From positions 15,802-79,801 of the forward strand of contig CAYUCZ010000004.1 in NCBI GenBank assembly GCA_964443505.1: a DNA stretch of 64,000 nt, read 5' to 3'. The stretch is from an uncultured Porphyrobacter sp. (GTDB taxonomy: Bacteria; Pseudomonadota; Alphaproteobacteria; Sphingomonadales; Sphingomonadaceae). The notes below the pieces were generated by a model, which was not told the DNA's origin, searched no databases, and saw nothing but the letters and a program-made list of their open reading frames with translations. Numbering within the stretch: the first letter of the stretch is position 1; each line of letters opens with the position of its first letter. The position numbers and the translations under genes were made by a program. Positions 9,495 through 18,146 of the stretch are shown piece by piece.

Positions 9495-10304
9495 ATGGCT
9501 TCCAACGTTGTTGAACTGCGCACGCCCAATGGAACCGAGAACCTTGAGCAATTGCTCGAGCAGGTGACGATCACATGCACCGAGGACATTCACGATGCAG
9601 CTGTGAACCTCGCGCGCATCGCCCAGGAGCGCGGGATGCAGGTCGCCGTATGCGATGACATTTCGTCTAAGGAACCCATGGTTGATGCCGACGGCACGAT
9701 CCTCAACGCTGACATCTTCCAGTGGCTCGAAGATGGCACGCGCTGGTGGGAAGATCACCGTCTCGCGCTGCACTCACCGCTTCCGCGCGCTTGCCGGTAT
9801 GAAAGCGAGCCGTTCTGGGTGAACCAGCATGGCTTCAACACCCAGTGGCGCAATTCCTATCTCGATGAGCTTGACCTTGTCGATTTCGAGAAGCGTTCTT
9901 TGTGCAAGGCGGCGATTGTGATCCCGGTGCATCTGCCGTTCGGCCAGATTTCGGCCAACAGCTTCATCTCCATGGATCGCGACAAGGAGGACCTTAGCGA
10001 AGAGTTCGGCCGGTATGGATCGCTGTTTGCGCAGGTCGTGCGCCGCTTTGTCGCTGGCTATGTTCAGGCGATGCGCACCAAACGCCGCATCCCGTCAGAC
10101 TGCGTCCTGTCCAAGCGCGAGGTTGAGTGCCTGCGCTGGGCGGCGATCGGCAAGACCGACAAGGAAATCAGCATGATCCTTGACCGCTCGCATGCGACAA
10201 TCCGCTATCATATCCATCGTGCCGGCGAGAAACTCGACAGCGTCAATCGCGGTCAGACGATCTTCAAGGCAGGACAGCTGGGGTATCTGGGCGCCAGCAG
10301 CTGA
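9495..10304 (+). CDS. LuxR-family transcriptional regulator (solo)
   Basis: C-terminal LuxR HTH (SKREVECLRWAAIGKTDKEISMILDRSHATIRYHI) after a ~190-aa N-terminal ligand-domain-sized region. GGAGAGGAG precedes the ATG. Confidence 0.85.
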   Translation: MASNVVELRTPNGTENLEQLLEQVTITCTEDIHDAAVNLARIAQERGMQVAVCDDISSKEPMVDADGTILNADIFQWLEDGTRWWEDHRLALHSPLPRACRYESEPFWVNQHGFNTQWRNSYLDELDLVDFEKRSLCKAAIVIPVHLPFGQISANSFISMDRDKEDLSEEFGRYGSLFAQVVRRFVAGYVQAMRTKRRIPSDCVLSKREVECLRWAAIGKTDKEISMILDRSHATIRYHIHRAGEKLDSVNRGQTIFKAGQLGYLGASS

Positions 10305-10326
10305 TGACACCGGGCGGTTGATCGTA

Positions 10327-10872
10327 TCAGCCCAGTTTCCTTAGCGGCTCCGATCCGTCCCAGTCCTGACCGGCCTGTTTGATCATGGCAAACAGGTCAG
10401 GACCACCTTCGCCTTGCTGCAAAATCTCAACCAAGGCCCCTGGTCCCCCGCCGCTTTCGGGACCTGGGTCGACATAGATCACCCGGCTATCTCCGAGCGA
10501 TCCCTCGATTACGATTTCAGCGCCCTGTTCGCCGCACACGCGGTAGGCCTCTTCAATGTCGTCAACGAGGATGCAAACGTGGTGCAGCCCTTCGACCGCG
10601 CCGTATTCCCCGGTGTAGATCGAAGGGTGGTTGTCGCGCGGCCTGATCAGTTCAATCTGCAGATCGCCCCAATAAGCAAGCGCAAGATCGAAAACCGCAT
10701 CGGTGGGCTCGCCCTTGTACTTCATGCCTTCAAGGTGGATGCCTTCCATCAGGAAGAACGGCCCAACACCCATGACCTGCGTCCAGTGTTGGACGGCTGC
10801 ATCAAAGTCATCCGGAACATAGGCAAGCTGCATCACCTCGCCCAGCGCCGCGATTCCCGAATTCGTGCCCAT
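10327..10872 (-). CDS. VOC (glyoxalase/dioxygenase fold) family protein
   Basis: Start moved to ATG 10872 (MGTNSG...), which follows GGAGAGGG. VOC-like MQLAYVPDDFDAAVQHW ... GLHHVCILVDD. Confidence 0.8.
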   Translation of the reverse strand: MGTNSGIAALGEVMQLAYVPDDFDAAVQHWTQVMGVGPFFLMEGIHLEGMKYKGEPTDAVFDLALAYWGDLQIELIRPRDNHPSIYTGEYGAVEGLHHVCILVDDIEEAYRVCGEQGAEIVIEGSLGDSRVIYVDPGPESGGGPGALVEILQQGEGGPDLFAMIKQAGQDWDGSEPLRKLG

Positions 10873-10975
10873 TTCCCTCTCCAATCCGCTAGTGTGATAA
10901 CAGTGCGAACCTGTGTGATATTCTGCGCCGCGAACACTGCGCAAATTGCGAGGAAGGGATCGAGAGAGGCCTCAC

Positions 10976-12394
10976 ATGAACGAAGCCAAGACAGTCAGCC
11001 CAGCGGACCGTTGCCCGGGCATCAGCTATACCGACATGCTCGAAGGGGACACGCGCACTCCGCCAGATTACCTCTTTGAGGAAACAGTTGCCGAGATGAA
11101 CGACGACCCGATTCCGGTCGAGCCGTACATTTCTGAGGAGTTTGCGCAGCTCGAACGCGACAAGATGTGGCCCAACGTCTGGCTGTTCGCCGCGCGCGAA
11201 GATGAAATGCCCGATGCAGGCGACACGGTCGTCTTCGATATCGCTGGCAAGAGCTTCCTGCTGGTGCGTCAGAAAGACGGATCGGTGCGCGGATTTTACA
11301 ATGCCTGCCTCCACCGCGGTCGCAAGCTGCGCACGACCTGCGGCACGACCACGCAATTGCGGTGCCCATTCCACGGTTTCACATGGCGCAATGACGGTTC
11401 GCTTAAGGAAATCCCGTCTGAGTGGGACTTCAAGCACCTGCAAGGCAAAGACCTGTCGCTTCCCGAAGTCAGAGTTGAACTTTGGCAGGGCTTTGTGATG
11501 GTCACTGAGAACCACGACCTGCCCGATTTCAAGACATGGCTGGGCCCTGCGGCCTCGCACTATGAACGCTATGACTTTGAAAATCGCTACACCGGTATGT
11601 GGGTTCAGAAGAAGATACCGGCGAACTGGAAGGCGACAGCAGAGGCTTTCATGGAAGCCTGGCATTCGATCGTCACTCACCCGCAATTGCTGCCTTTCCT
11701 GGGCGATGCGAACACGCGCTATGATCACATTGGCGACCACTTCAACCGGGCGATCACTCCTTCAGGCGTGCTGAGCCCGCACCTCAAGGGCAAGGATTCG
11801 AGTTACGTCCTTGAAAAGATGAACGCGTTTTCCGGTGGTGAAGATGCTGACACCAATCGCCGGTTCGCCGCTGGCGAAGGCAATGATGATTTCGACGCTG
11901 CCGATCCGCTTAGCGCGCGCCGCGTGCTTGCAGAGGCGAGCCGCCAAGGCTTCACCGAGCAATACGGCCATGACTATTCGGAGGCATCGGACAGCGAACT
12001 GCTCGATAATTTCACATACAACATCTTTCCGAACTTTGCGCCGTGGATCGGTTTCCTGCCGACGCTGACTTATCGCTGGCTGCCGGGTGACACGCCTGAC
12101 TGGTGTATCATGGAAATCCGCCTCCTGTTCCCGACACCCAAGGGAGAGGAGCGTCCACGCGCGGTCGAGATGACTTATATCCCGGACGACGAACCCTTCG
12201 CATGGGCAGCCGACATCATGGGGCCGCAGCTTGCCAATGTGTTCGACCAGGACATGGCCAACCTGCCGCATGTTCAGACGGGTATGAAGACAATGCGCGA
12301 CGGGATGATGGAGCTTGGCTCTTATCAGGACAGCCGCGTGCGCCATTTCCAGACGACTTTGCGCAAATATATCGATGGCGAACTGCCAGCCTAG
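10976..12394 (+). CDS. Rieske [2Fe-2S] ring-hydroxylating oxygenase, alpha-subunit type
   Basis: Rieske motif CLHRGRKL...CPFHGFTW. 472 aa. No beta subunit or reductase gene adjacent. Start ATG 10976 follows GAGAGAGG. Confidence 0.9.
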   Translation: MNEAKTVSPADRCPGISYTDMLEGDTRTPPDYLFEETVAEMNDDPIPVEPYISEEFAQLERDKMWPNVWLFAAREDEMPDAGDTVVFDIAGKSFLLVRQKDGSVRGFYNACLHRGRKLRTTCGTTTQLRCPFHGFTWRNDGSLKEIPSEWDFKHLQGKDLSLPEVRVELWQGFVMVTENHDLPDFKTWLGPAASHYERYDFENRYTGMWVQKKIPANWKATAEAFMEAWHSIVTHPQLLPFLGDANTRYDHIGDHFNRAITPSGVLSPHLKGKDSSYVLEKMNAFSGGEDADTNRRFAAGEGNDDFDAADPLSARRVLAEASRQGFTEQYGHDYSEASDSELLDNFTYNIFPNFAPWIGFLPTLTYRWLPGDTPDWCIMEIRLLFPTPKGEERPRAVEMTYIPDDEPFAWAADIMGPQLANVFDQDMANLPHVQTGMKTMRDGMMELGSYQDSRVRHFQTTLRKYIDGELPA

Positions 12395-12410
12395 CTCACG
12401 GTGAGCTAGG
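12390..12410. repeat. perfect 10-1-10 palindrome containing both convergent stop codons
   Basis: CCTAGCTCAC-g-GTGAGCTAGG. TAG of the Rieske gene (12392-12394) and TAG of the NTF2-like gene (12408-12406) lie in opposite arms. Confidence 0.8.
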
Positions 12411-12834
12411 CCTTGGCGGCCACCTCAGCTGCGTCGAAATAATGGATGCGCAGTTCCTTGAGCAGGCCGTCTTCGAACGCACCGCATTCGTTGACGGTCT
12501 GACTGAAGGTCTCGCCCGTTCGCTTTGACGTCATGGTCAAGGTCAGAACTGTCACAGCGTGCGTATCGCCGCCGGTGATGTCGTGAATATCGACTTTTGC
12601 TTCTGCCCAGGTCCCGTACATGGCCGCAGCACAGCGCTGCAATGCGTCTTTCCCGCGCCATTCGCCACCGAAAGGCAGACATTCGGCTTCATAGAGCACA
12701 AATTCGGGATGGATCAGGCTTTCAACCTTGTCCCAATCGCGCGCTCCGGCTGCAGCATAGACCGCTGACAAAAGCTCGCGAGGCGTCGCATTCGATTGCG
12801 CTGCCGCTTCGCTGCTGGAACGCGCAGTGCTCAC
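12406..12834 (-). CDS. NTF2-like (SnoaL-type) small protein
   Basis: GTG 12834 overlaps the upstream stop (GTGA). 142 aa. LLSAVYAAAGARDWDKVESLIHPEFVLYE ... resembles the SnoaL/NTF2 fold. The track ORF to 12999 runs into the lipoyl gene. Confidence 0.6.
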   Translation of the reverse strand: MSTARSSSEAAAQSNATPRELLSAVYAAAGARDWDKVESLIHPEFVLYEAECLPFGGEWRGKDALQRCAAAMYGTWAEAKVDIHDITGGDTHAVTVLTLTMTSKRTGETFSQTVNECGAFEDGLLKELRIHYFDAAEVAAKA

Positions 12835-13061
12835 TCGATCGTGCCGATTACGTCGCCGACCTTGTACTTGACGCCCTCTTCGCCTGTCGGACGGATCGTA
12901 CCGGCGGCCTGCGCTTCGATCTCGACCGTCGTTTTGTCGGTTTCGGCGGTGTAGATGATGTCGCCCTTTGCGACTTCCTCCCCATCGCCGAACATCCATT
13001 CGGAAAGCGTCACTTCGGTCGCGCTCATACCGAGCTTGGGAATGCGGATTTCTTCAGCCAT
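12831..13061 (-). CDS. free-standing lipoyl/biotinyl attachment domain protein (76 aa)
   Basis: MAEEIRIPKLGMSATEVTLSEW...IIYTAETDKTTVEIEA carries the E-T-D-K lipoyl-lysine motif. ATG abuts the E1-beta stop (TAAATG). Confidence 0.8.
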   Translation of the reverse strand: MAEEIRIPKLGMSATEVTLSEWMFGDGEEVAKGDIIYTAETDKTTVEIEAQAAGTIRPTGEEGVKYKVGDVIGTIE

Positions 13062-14048
13062 TTACGCTTTTCCGACAGAGGCTTTGATCTGGCCCACGAT
13101 TTCTTCCTTCGTCGGGATCCATGCCTGTTCAAGATGAGTCGCGAACGGCACGGCAGAGAACGTGCCGCCAATCCGGCGTACCGGGCCTTTGAGGTTGTCC
13201 CAGCACTTTTCCTGGATGTTCGCGGCGATCTCTGCACCAGTTCCGAACGGTCGAACCGCTTCGTGAAGGGTCAGCGCGCGGCCGGTCTTGTTGACCGAGG
13301 CAAGGACGGTTGCTTCGTCATACGGCGCGATGGTGCGCAGATCGACAACCTCAACGCTGATGCCTTCCTTCTCAAGCTCGCCTGCCACTTCGAGCGCGTC
13401 GAGCACGGTGCGGCCATAAGTGATGAGCGAGATGTCAGAACCCTCTTTGGGCACCGCCGCTTTGCCAAGTGGGACGCGGTAACCCGGGCCAGGATCTTCG
13501 CTGGTGAGACCATAGCACAGGATGTTTTCGATAAAGACGACCGGGTCGTTTGCATCGATCGCAGAGCGCATCAGGCCGCGCGCATCAGCTGCATTCGACG
13601 GTGTGACGACATGCATCCCCGCGACATGAGCAAACCATGCTTCAAGCATGTCCGAGTGCTGCCCGCCAAAGCCAACGCCCACACCAGTGGTGGTGCGAAT
13701 GACAATCGGGCAAGGGGTCTGGCCACCGCTCATAAAGCGCAGCTTGGCCGCGTGGTTGACGATCTGGTCCATACACACGCCGACGAAGTTCATCAGCATA
13801 ATCTCGGCAATCGGCCGCTGTCCGGCAAGCGCTGCACCAACGGCAGCACCGATGATCGCGGTCTCCGAGATAGGCGTCGCGCGGATGCGATGCTCACCAT
13901 ATTTCTCTGTCAGACCAGATGTGATCTTGAACACGCCTCCGCCCTGTTTCGCGGCAACATCTTCGCCAAGGCAGAACACGCCATCGTCTTCGGCCATTGC
14001 CTCATCAATCGCGAGATTGAGGGCCTGCGTCATGGTGATCTCGCCCAT
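13062..14048 (-). CDS. 2-oxoacid/acetoin dehydrogenase E1 component, beta subunit
   Basis: 328 aa transketolase-like beta subunit (MTQALNLAIDEAM..., GQHSDMLEAWFAHVAGMHVV). Start overlaps the E1-alpha stop (TAATG). Confidence 0.9.
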   Translation of the reverse strand: MGEITMTQALNLAIDEAMAEDDGVFCLGEDVAAKQGGGVFKITSGLTEKYGEHRIRATPISETAIIGAAVGAALAGQRPIAEIMLMNFVGVCMDQIVNHAAKLRFMSGGQTPCPIVIRTTTGVGVGFGGQHSDMLEAWFAHVAGMHVVTPSNAADARGLMRSAIDANDPVVFIENILCYGLTSEDPGPGYRVPLGKAAVPKEGSDISLITYGRTVLDALEVAGELEKEGISVEVVDLRTIAPYDEATVLASVNKTGRALTLHEAVRPFGTGAEIAANIQEKCWDNLKGPVRRIGGTFSAVPFATHLEQAWIPTKEEIVGQIKASVGKA

Positions 14049-15016
14049 TATGCGGTCTCCTCAAGCACGTCTTTGTAGATTTCGTCTGTGTCTGGCAGCG
14101 GCGCATCGAGCGCATGCTGAACCGCTGCTTCGATTTCCGCGTCGATGTCTGCAACGATCTTATCGAGCTCATCTTCAGTGAACTGATGTTCAAGCATGAC
14201 CGCGCGCAGCTTGGGCAGCGGATCTTCGGCCTGCATTTCGGCAAGGTGCTCTTCAGGCATGTAGGAGAAATCCGAACCGAAGAAGTGGCCCATCATGCGG
14301 TAGCACATGGCCTCGACCAGCGTTGGGCCTTCGCCCGCGCGGGCACGGTCCACGGCTTCCTTTACCGCAGGATAGACCTGGTTGACATCATTGCCATCCA
14401 CGGTGACGCCCTTCATGCCATAGCCAGCAGCCCGATCACTCATCTGCGGGGTGTCAGTGTGGTCAGCATAGGCGGTGTGTTCGCCATAGCGATTGTTCTG
14501 GCACAGGAAGACCACGGGCAGCTTGTAAAGCTGAGCCATGTTCATCGCTTCGTGGAAGCCGCCAATATTGGCTGCGCCATCGCCAAAGCTTACCAAAGTG
14601 ACACGGCCATCGCCGTTGTTCTGGCTCGCCATCGCAAGGCCGTTGGCGATCGGAAGTCCCGACCCGACGACGCCCGTCGTCACCATGATCCCGGTGTCAG
14701 GATCAGTGATATGCATCGTCCCGCCCTTGCCCTTGCAGGTGCCGGTCGCCTTGCCGAGGCATTCACCCCACCACTTTTCAATCGGGATGCCTTTGGCCGT
14801 CTGCTCGCCCTGCCCGCGATAGGTGCACACGACATAGTCGTCGTCTTCAAGCGCAGCCATCGCTGCGGCAGAAACCAGTTCCTGACCGCGCACGCAGTAA
14901 TACATCACCGCGACCTTGCCCTGCATCAGCAGTTCACGGAATTTCTCGTCGGTGCGGTTCACCTTCATTGTGCGGGTGTAGATATCGAGCAGCTTGTCGC
15001 GGTCGATTTCAGCCAT
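14048..15016 (-). CDS. TPP-dependent dehydrogenase E1 component, alpha subunit
   Basis: TPP-binding motif GDGAANIGGFHEAMNMAQLYKLPVVFLCQNNRYG. 322 aa. Confidence 0.9.
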   Translation of the reverse strand: MAEIDRDKLLDIYTRTMKVNRTDEKFRELLMQGKVAVMYYCVRGQELVSAAAMAALEDDDYVVCTYRGQGEQTAKGIPIEKWWGECLGKATGTCKGKGGTMHITDPDTGIMVTTGVVGSGLPIANGLAMASQNNGDGRVTLVSFGDGAANIGGFHEAMNMAQLYKLPVVFLCQNNRYGEHTAYADHTDTPQMSDRAAGYGMKGVTVDGNDVNQVYPAVKEAVDRARAGEGPTLVEAMCYRMMGHFFGSDFSYMPEEHLAEMQAEDPLPKLRAVMLEHQFTEDELDKIVADIDAEIEAAVQHALDAPLPDTDEIYKDVLEETA

Positions 15017-15061
15017 GAGATTGGGCCTTCCTGTGAGGGGTCTTTATGAGTGCTGCTGAGC

Positions 15062-15826
15062 TTAAAATTGGACGCGCTGGGTAAAGCCGCCGTCGACCAC
15101 GATATTCGAACCGGTCATGTACGGGACCGCCGGGCTCGCGACGAAGACGATTGCGTTTGCCACTTCGGTGTCGTTGCCGAAACGGCCCATCGGCATCTTG
15201 GCAAGCGTGCCCTGGAACAGTTCCGGCATCGCGCCTTCGATCACTTCCCAGTTTCCGCCTGGATAATAGATCGCACCCGGCGACACGGTGTTCACGCGGA
15301 TGCCCTGCGGCGCGAGCGCCTGCGACAGCTGCGAGCTATAAGTGATCAGCGCCGCCTTCATGGCGTTGAATGCCTGCGGAGCGATGAAGGTTTCGAGCGC
15401 TGCGGTTGAGCTCATGAACACGATTGAAGCGTTCGATGAATTGGCAAGATGCGGGGTCAGCGTTTCAACACCGTTGACCGCGCCCATGATGTCCATGTCG
15501 AGCGTGCTTTGCCAATCACCTGTGCCGCCCGTGCCGGAAGTTGAAGCGGTGTGGATGAAGATATCGCATCCGCCCAGTTCACCAGCTGCCTTTTCCAGCC
15601 AGCCTTTATAGGCGTCTGCGCCGTCATTCATGTCGAACACTTCAGCGAAAACCTTGCCCGGTCCGGCTGCGTCAATTTCTGCCTTGGCGGCTTCGATCTT
15701 GTCTTCCTTGCGGCTGAAGAAGGCGACGTCAGCGCCCTCTGCTGCAAACAGTTTGAGCGAGGCAAGGCCCAGCCCGTGTGCGCCGCCGTTCATGATGACT
15801 TTCAGGCCTTTTAGTCCGAGATCCAT
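15062..15826 (-). CDS. SDR-fold protein with atypical active site (Phe at the catalytic Tyr position)
   Basis: Rossmann-type N-terminus (VIMNGGAHGLG). The Ser...Y-x3-K region reads MSSTAALETFIAPQAFNAMKAA. First gene of the E1 operon. Confidence 0.85.
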   Translation of the reverse strand: MDLGLKGLKVIMNGGAHGLGLASLKLFAAEGADVAFFSRKEDKIEAAKAEIDAAGPGKVFAEVFDMNDGADAYKGWLEKAAGELGGCDIFIHTASTSGTGGTGDWQSTLDMDIMGAVNGVETLTPHLANSSNASIVFMSSTAALETFIAPQAFNAMKAALITYSSQLSQALAPQGIRVNTVSPGAIYYPGGNWEVIEGAMPELFQGTLAKMPMGRFGNDTEVANAIVFVASPAVPYMTGSNIVVDGGFTQRVQF

Positions 15827-15929
15827 TGCCGCCTCTCCTTGTTGAATTCCAATGGACCAACGAATAGCGGAGGCGAGCTTTTGAACGCACTACTCAAAAA
15901 TGGGGGTGTGCCGGCAAACGCCAAGCGGA

Positions 15930-17732
15930 TCAGATCAGGCCGCGGGCCAGATAGTGATCCACTGGCGGCGGCGGTTCGCCAGTGTCGAGCGAGACTTCGG
16001 CAAAGGCCTTGTCTTGGGTAAGAAAGACCCGGCCATTGAGCTCTTCGATAAAATGCGTGCGCTGCAGCCGGTCCATAACCGGACCCTTCACCTCGGACAG
16101 ATGCAATCCGATGGCGGCATCGCCAAGCCGGTGATTGATCGCCTCTAGGCTCTCAAGCCCGGAGGAATCGATCTCGTTCACTGCGCTGCACATCAAGATC
16201 ACGTGCCTGACTTCGGGCCGATCTGCGACCTCTTCGAGGATATATTCTTCAAGCCAGCGCGCATTGAGATAGGTCAGCGCTTCGTCAATCCGGATCGAGA
16301 GCACGTGCGGGACCGTGTAGACCTTGTGGCGCTCAACATTGCGGAAATGCTCAGTCTCGGGCACGCGCCCCACTATCGCGGCGTGCGGCCTGCTGGCGCG
16401 CCACAAATACAGCAAAAGGCCAACCACCACGCCCGCGATCACGCCCGCTTCGACCCCTGCAAAAAGGGTCACAAGGATCGTTGCAATGTGAGCGGTGAAA
16501 TCGGTCTTCGAATAGCGCCACAGTTGAATCGGGGTACGAAGGTCAATCAGACCCAGAATAGCAACGATGATGGTCGCGGCGAGCGTTGCAATCGGCAAGT
16601 TGAAGAGCAAAGGTGTCAGGAACACGGTCGCAAGCGCGATCCCGACCGCGGTGAACGCGCCAGCCGCAGGCGTCTGGGCACCGGCATCGAAGTTGACAGC
16701 AGAGCGCGCAAAGCCGCCGGTCACTGGATAGCCGCCCGAAAGCGCGCTGGCGATGTTCGCAGAGCCAAGCCCGATAAGCTCTTGATCCGGCGAAATACGC
16801 TGGCGTCGTTTGGCAGCAAGCGTCTGAGCGATAGAGACGCTTTCTACAAAGCCAATGATCGAAATCAGCAGCGCAGGCACCCACAATTGTTCAATCAGGG
16901 ACAGGTTTGGGGTGGGCAGTGCGAAGGGCGGCAATCCTTGGGGAATAGCGCCCACCAAACTGACATCCCTTCCGCCGAGGTCCCATGCGATGACGGCGAT
17001 GATCGAAAACGCGACTGCGGCAATGGGGCTGGCCTTGGTCAGCATGTCGGCACTCTTCTCGCCCAAGCCAGCTGCCTTCAGCGCCCGTTTGCCATCGCGG
17101 CGGACATAGAACAGGAATAGAGTCGCCGGGATGCCAACAGCCAAGGTCCACGCATTGGTGTTCGAGATGCTTGCAGCCAGCGAGGCCAGCATTTCAGGCC
17201 AGTTGTCACCTCCAGCTTCGACACCCACAATGTGCTTGATCTGACTGGTCGCGATCAAGATGCCGGATGCGGTGATGAAGCCGCTGATCACCGGGTGCGA
17301 GAGCAGGTTAGCAAGGAAACCGGCGCGCAAAATGCCAAGCACACCGAGCATCACGCCAGAGAGCATCGCTAGCGTGATCGCAGCTTCGAGATATTGCGCT
17401 GTCCCCTGCGCAGCGACTACGCCAGCGGCGCTTCCCGTCATCAGCGAAATCACCGCAACCGGACCGACGGCGAGCGTGCGGCTCGTGCCGAATATCGCAT
17501 AAAGGATGAGCGGCAGGATCGAGGCGTAGAGCCCCACCACCGGAGGCAATCCCGCAAGCAGCGCATAAGCAAGGCTTTGCGGGATCAGCATGATCGTAAC
17601 GATCACCGCCGCCATTAGATCATCGGTTAGGAATGAGCGGTTGTAGGTCCTGCCCCAGCTGAGAATGGGGAAATAGCGTTCGAGCTTTGCTGGTGCTTTC
17701 GTGCGCTCTTTGTCTGATTGCTGCGCCATCAA
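15930..17732 (-). CDS. SulP-family anion (sulfate) permease with C-terminal STAS domain
   Basis: 600 aa. Multi-TM N-terminal part (LIPQSLAYALLAGLPPVVGLYAS) and STAS-like end (VRHVILMCSAVNEIDSSGLESLE). Confidence 0.9.
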   Translation of the reverse strand: MMAQQSDKERTKAPAKLERYFPILSWGRTYNRSFLTDDLMAAVIVTIMLIPQSLAYALLAGLPPVVGLYASILPLILYAIFGTSRTLAVGPVAVISLMTGSAAGVVAAQGTAQYLEAAITLAMLSGVMLGVLGILRAGFLANLLSHPVISGFITASGILIATSQIKHIVGVEAGGDNWPEMLASLAASISNTNAWTLAVGIPATLFLFYVRRDGKRALKAAGLGEKSADMLTKASPIAAVAFSIIAVIAWDLGGRDVSLVGAIPQGLPPFALPTPNLSLIEQLWVPALLISIIGFVESVSIAQTLAAKRRQRISPDQELIGLGSANIASALSGGYPVTGGFARSAVNFDAGAQTPAAGAFTAVGIALATVFLTPLLFNLPIATLAATIIVAILGLIDLRTPIQLWRYSKTDFTAHIATILVTLFAGVEAGVIAGVVVGLLLYLWRASRPHAAIVGRVPETEHFRNVERHKVYTVPHVLSIRIDEALTYLNARWLEEYILEEVADRPEVRHVILMCSAVNEIDSSGLESLEAINHRLGDAAIGLHLSEVKGPVMDRLQRTHFIEELNGRVFLTQDKAFAEVSLDTGEPPPPVDHYLARGLI

Positions 17733-17735
17733 GAC

Positions 17736-18146
17736 CTACAGTTTGGCAAAGCGATGGACAGCCATGCCCGCGACCATGCTTGCAACAAAGATCCCAGCAG
17801 AAACAGGCTCAAGGATAACAGCGCCAAGAGCGGGCCCCGGGCACAGGCCCGCAAGGCCCCAGCCGATGCCGAACAGGATGGCCCCTGTGATCAGCCTTCG
17901 ATCAATCAACCTCGTGTCAGGCAGGTTGAAGCTGTCTGCGAAAGCCGGCTTGGCCATTCTGTCGCGAACCAACCAGGCCGCCGCCATCACCAGCAAGGCG
18001 CCACCCATGACAAAGGCGAGAGTCGGGTCCCAATCTCCGAGGATATCGAGAAAGCCCCTGACCCGTTTGGGATCCATCATTCCCGATATCGCAAGCCCTG
18101 CGCCAAACAGTGCGCCTGAGGCAAGCGGAACAATCATCTGGCGCAT
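17736..18146 (-). CDS. YeeE/YedE-family sulfur-compound transporter component (second half)
   Basis: Start moved to ATG 18146 (MRQMIVPLASGALFGAGLAISGM), which overlaps the upstream stop (TGATG). 136 aa, hydrophobic. Confidence 0.75.
   Translation of the reverse strand: MRQMIVPLASGALFGAGLAISGMMDPKRVRGFLDILGDWDPTLAFVMGGALLVMAAAWLVRDRMAKPAFADSFNLPDTRLIDRRLITGAILFGIGWGLAGLCPGPALGAVILEPVSAGIFVASMVAGMAVHRFAKL

Noticed and set aside
10889-11740. 283-aa ORF on the minus strand
   Set aside because: Antisense to the Rieske oxygenase, and it overlaps the real VOC gene start region only through an upstream extension.
12597-14078. 493-aa ORF on the plus strand
   Set aside because: It is antisense to the lipoyl-domain and E1-beta genes. 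The sequence is low-complexity and Arg-rich with no motifs, while the opposite strand carries unmistakable E1/lipoyl signatures.
14114-15049. 311-aa ORF on the plus strand
   Set aside because: Shadow ORF antisense to the E1-alpha gene, which carries the TPP motif.
16203-17120. 305-aa ORF on the plus strand
   Set aside because: Antisense to the SulP permease. Highly basic low-complexity sequence.
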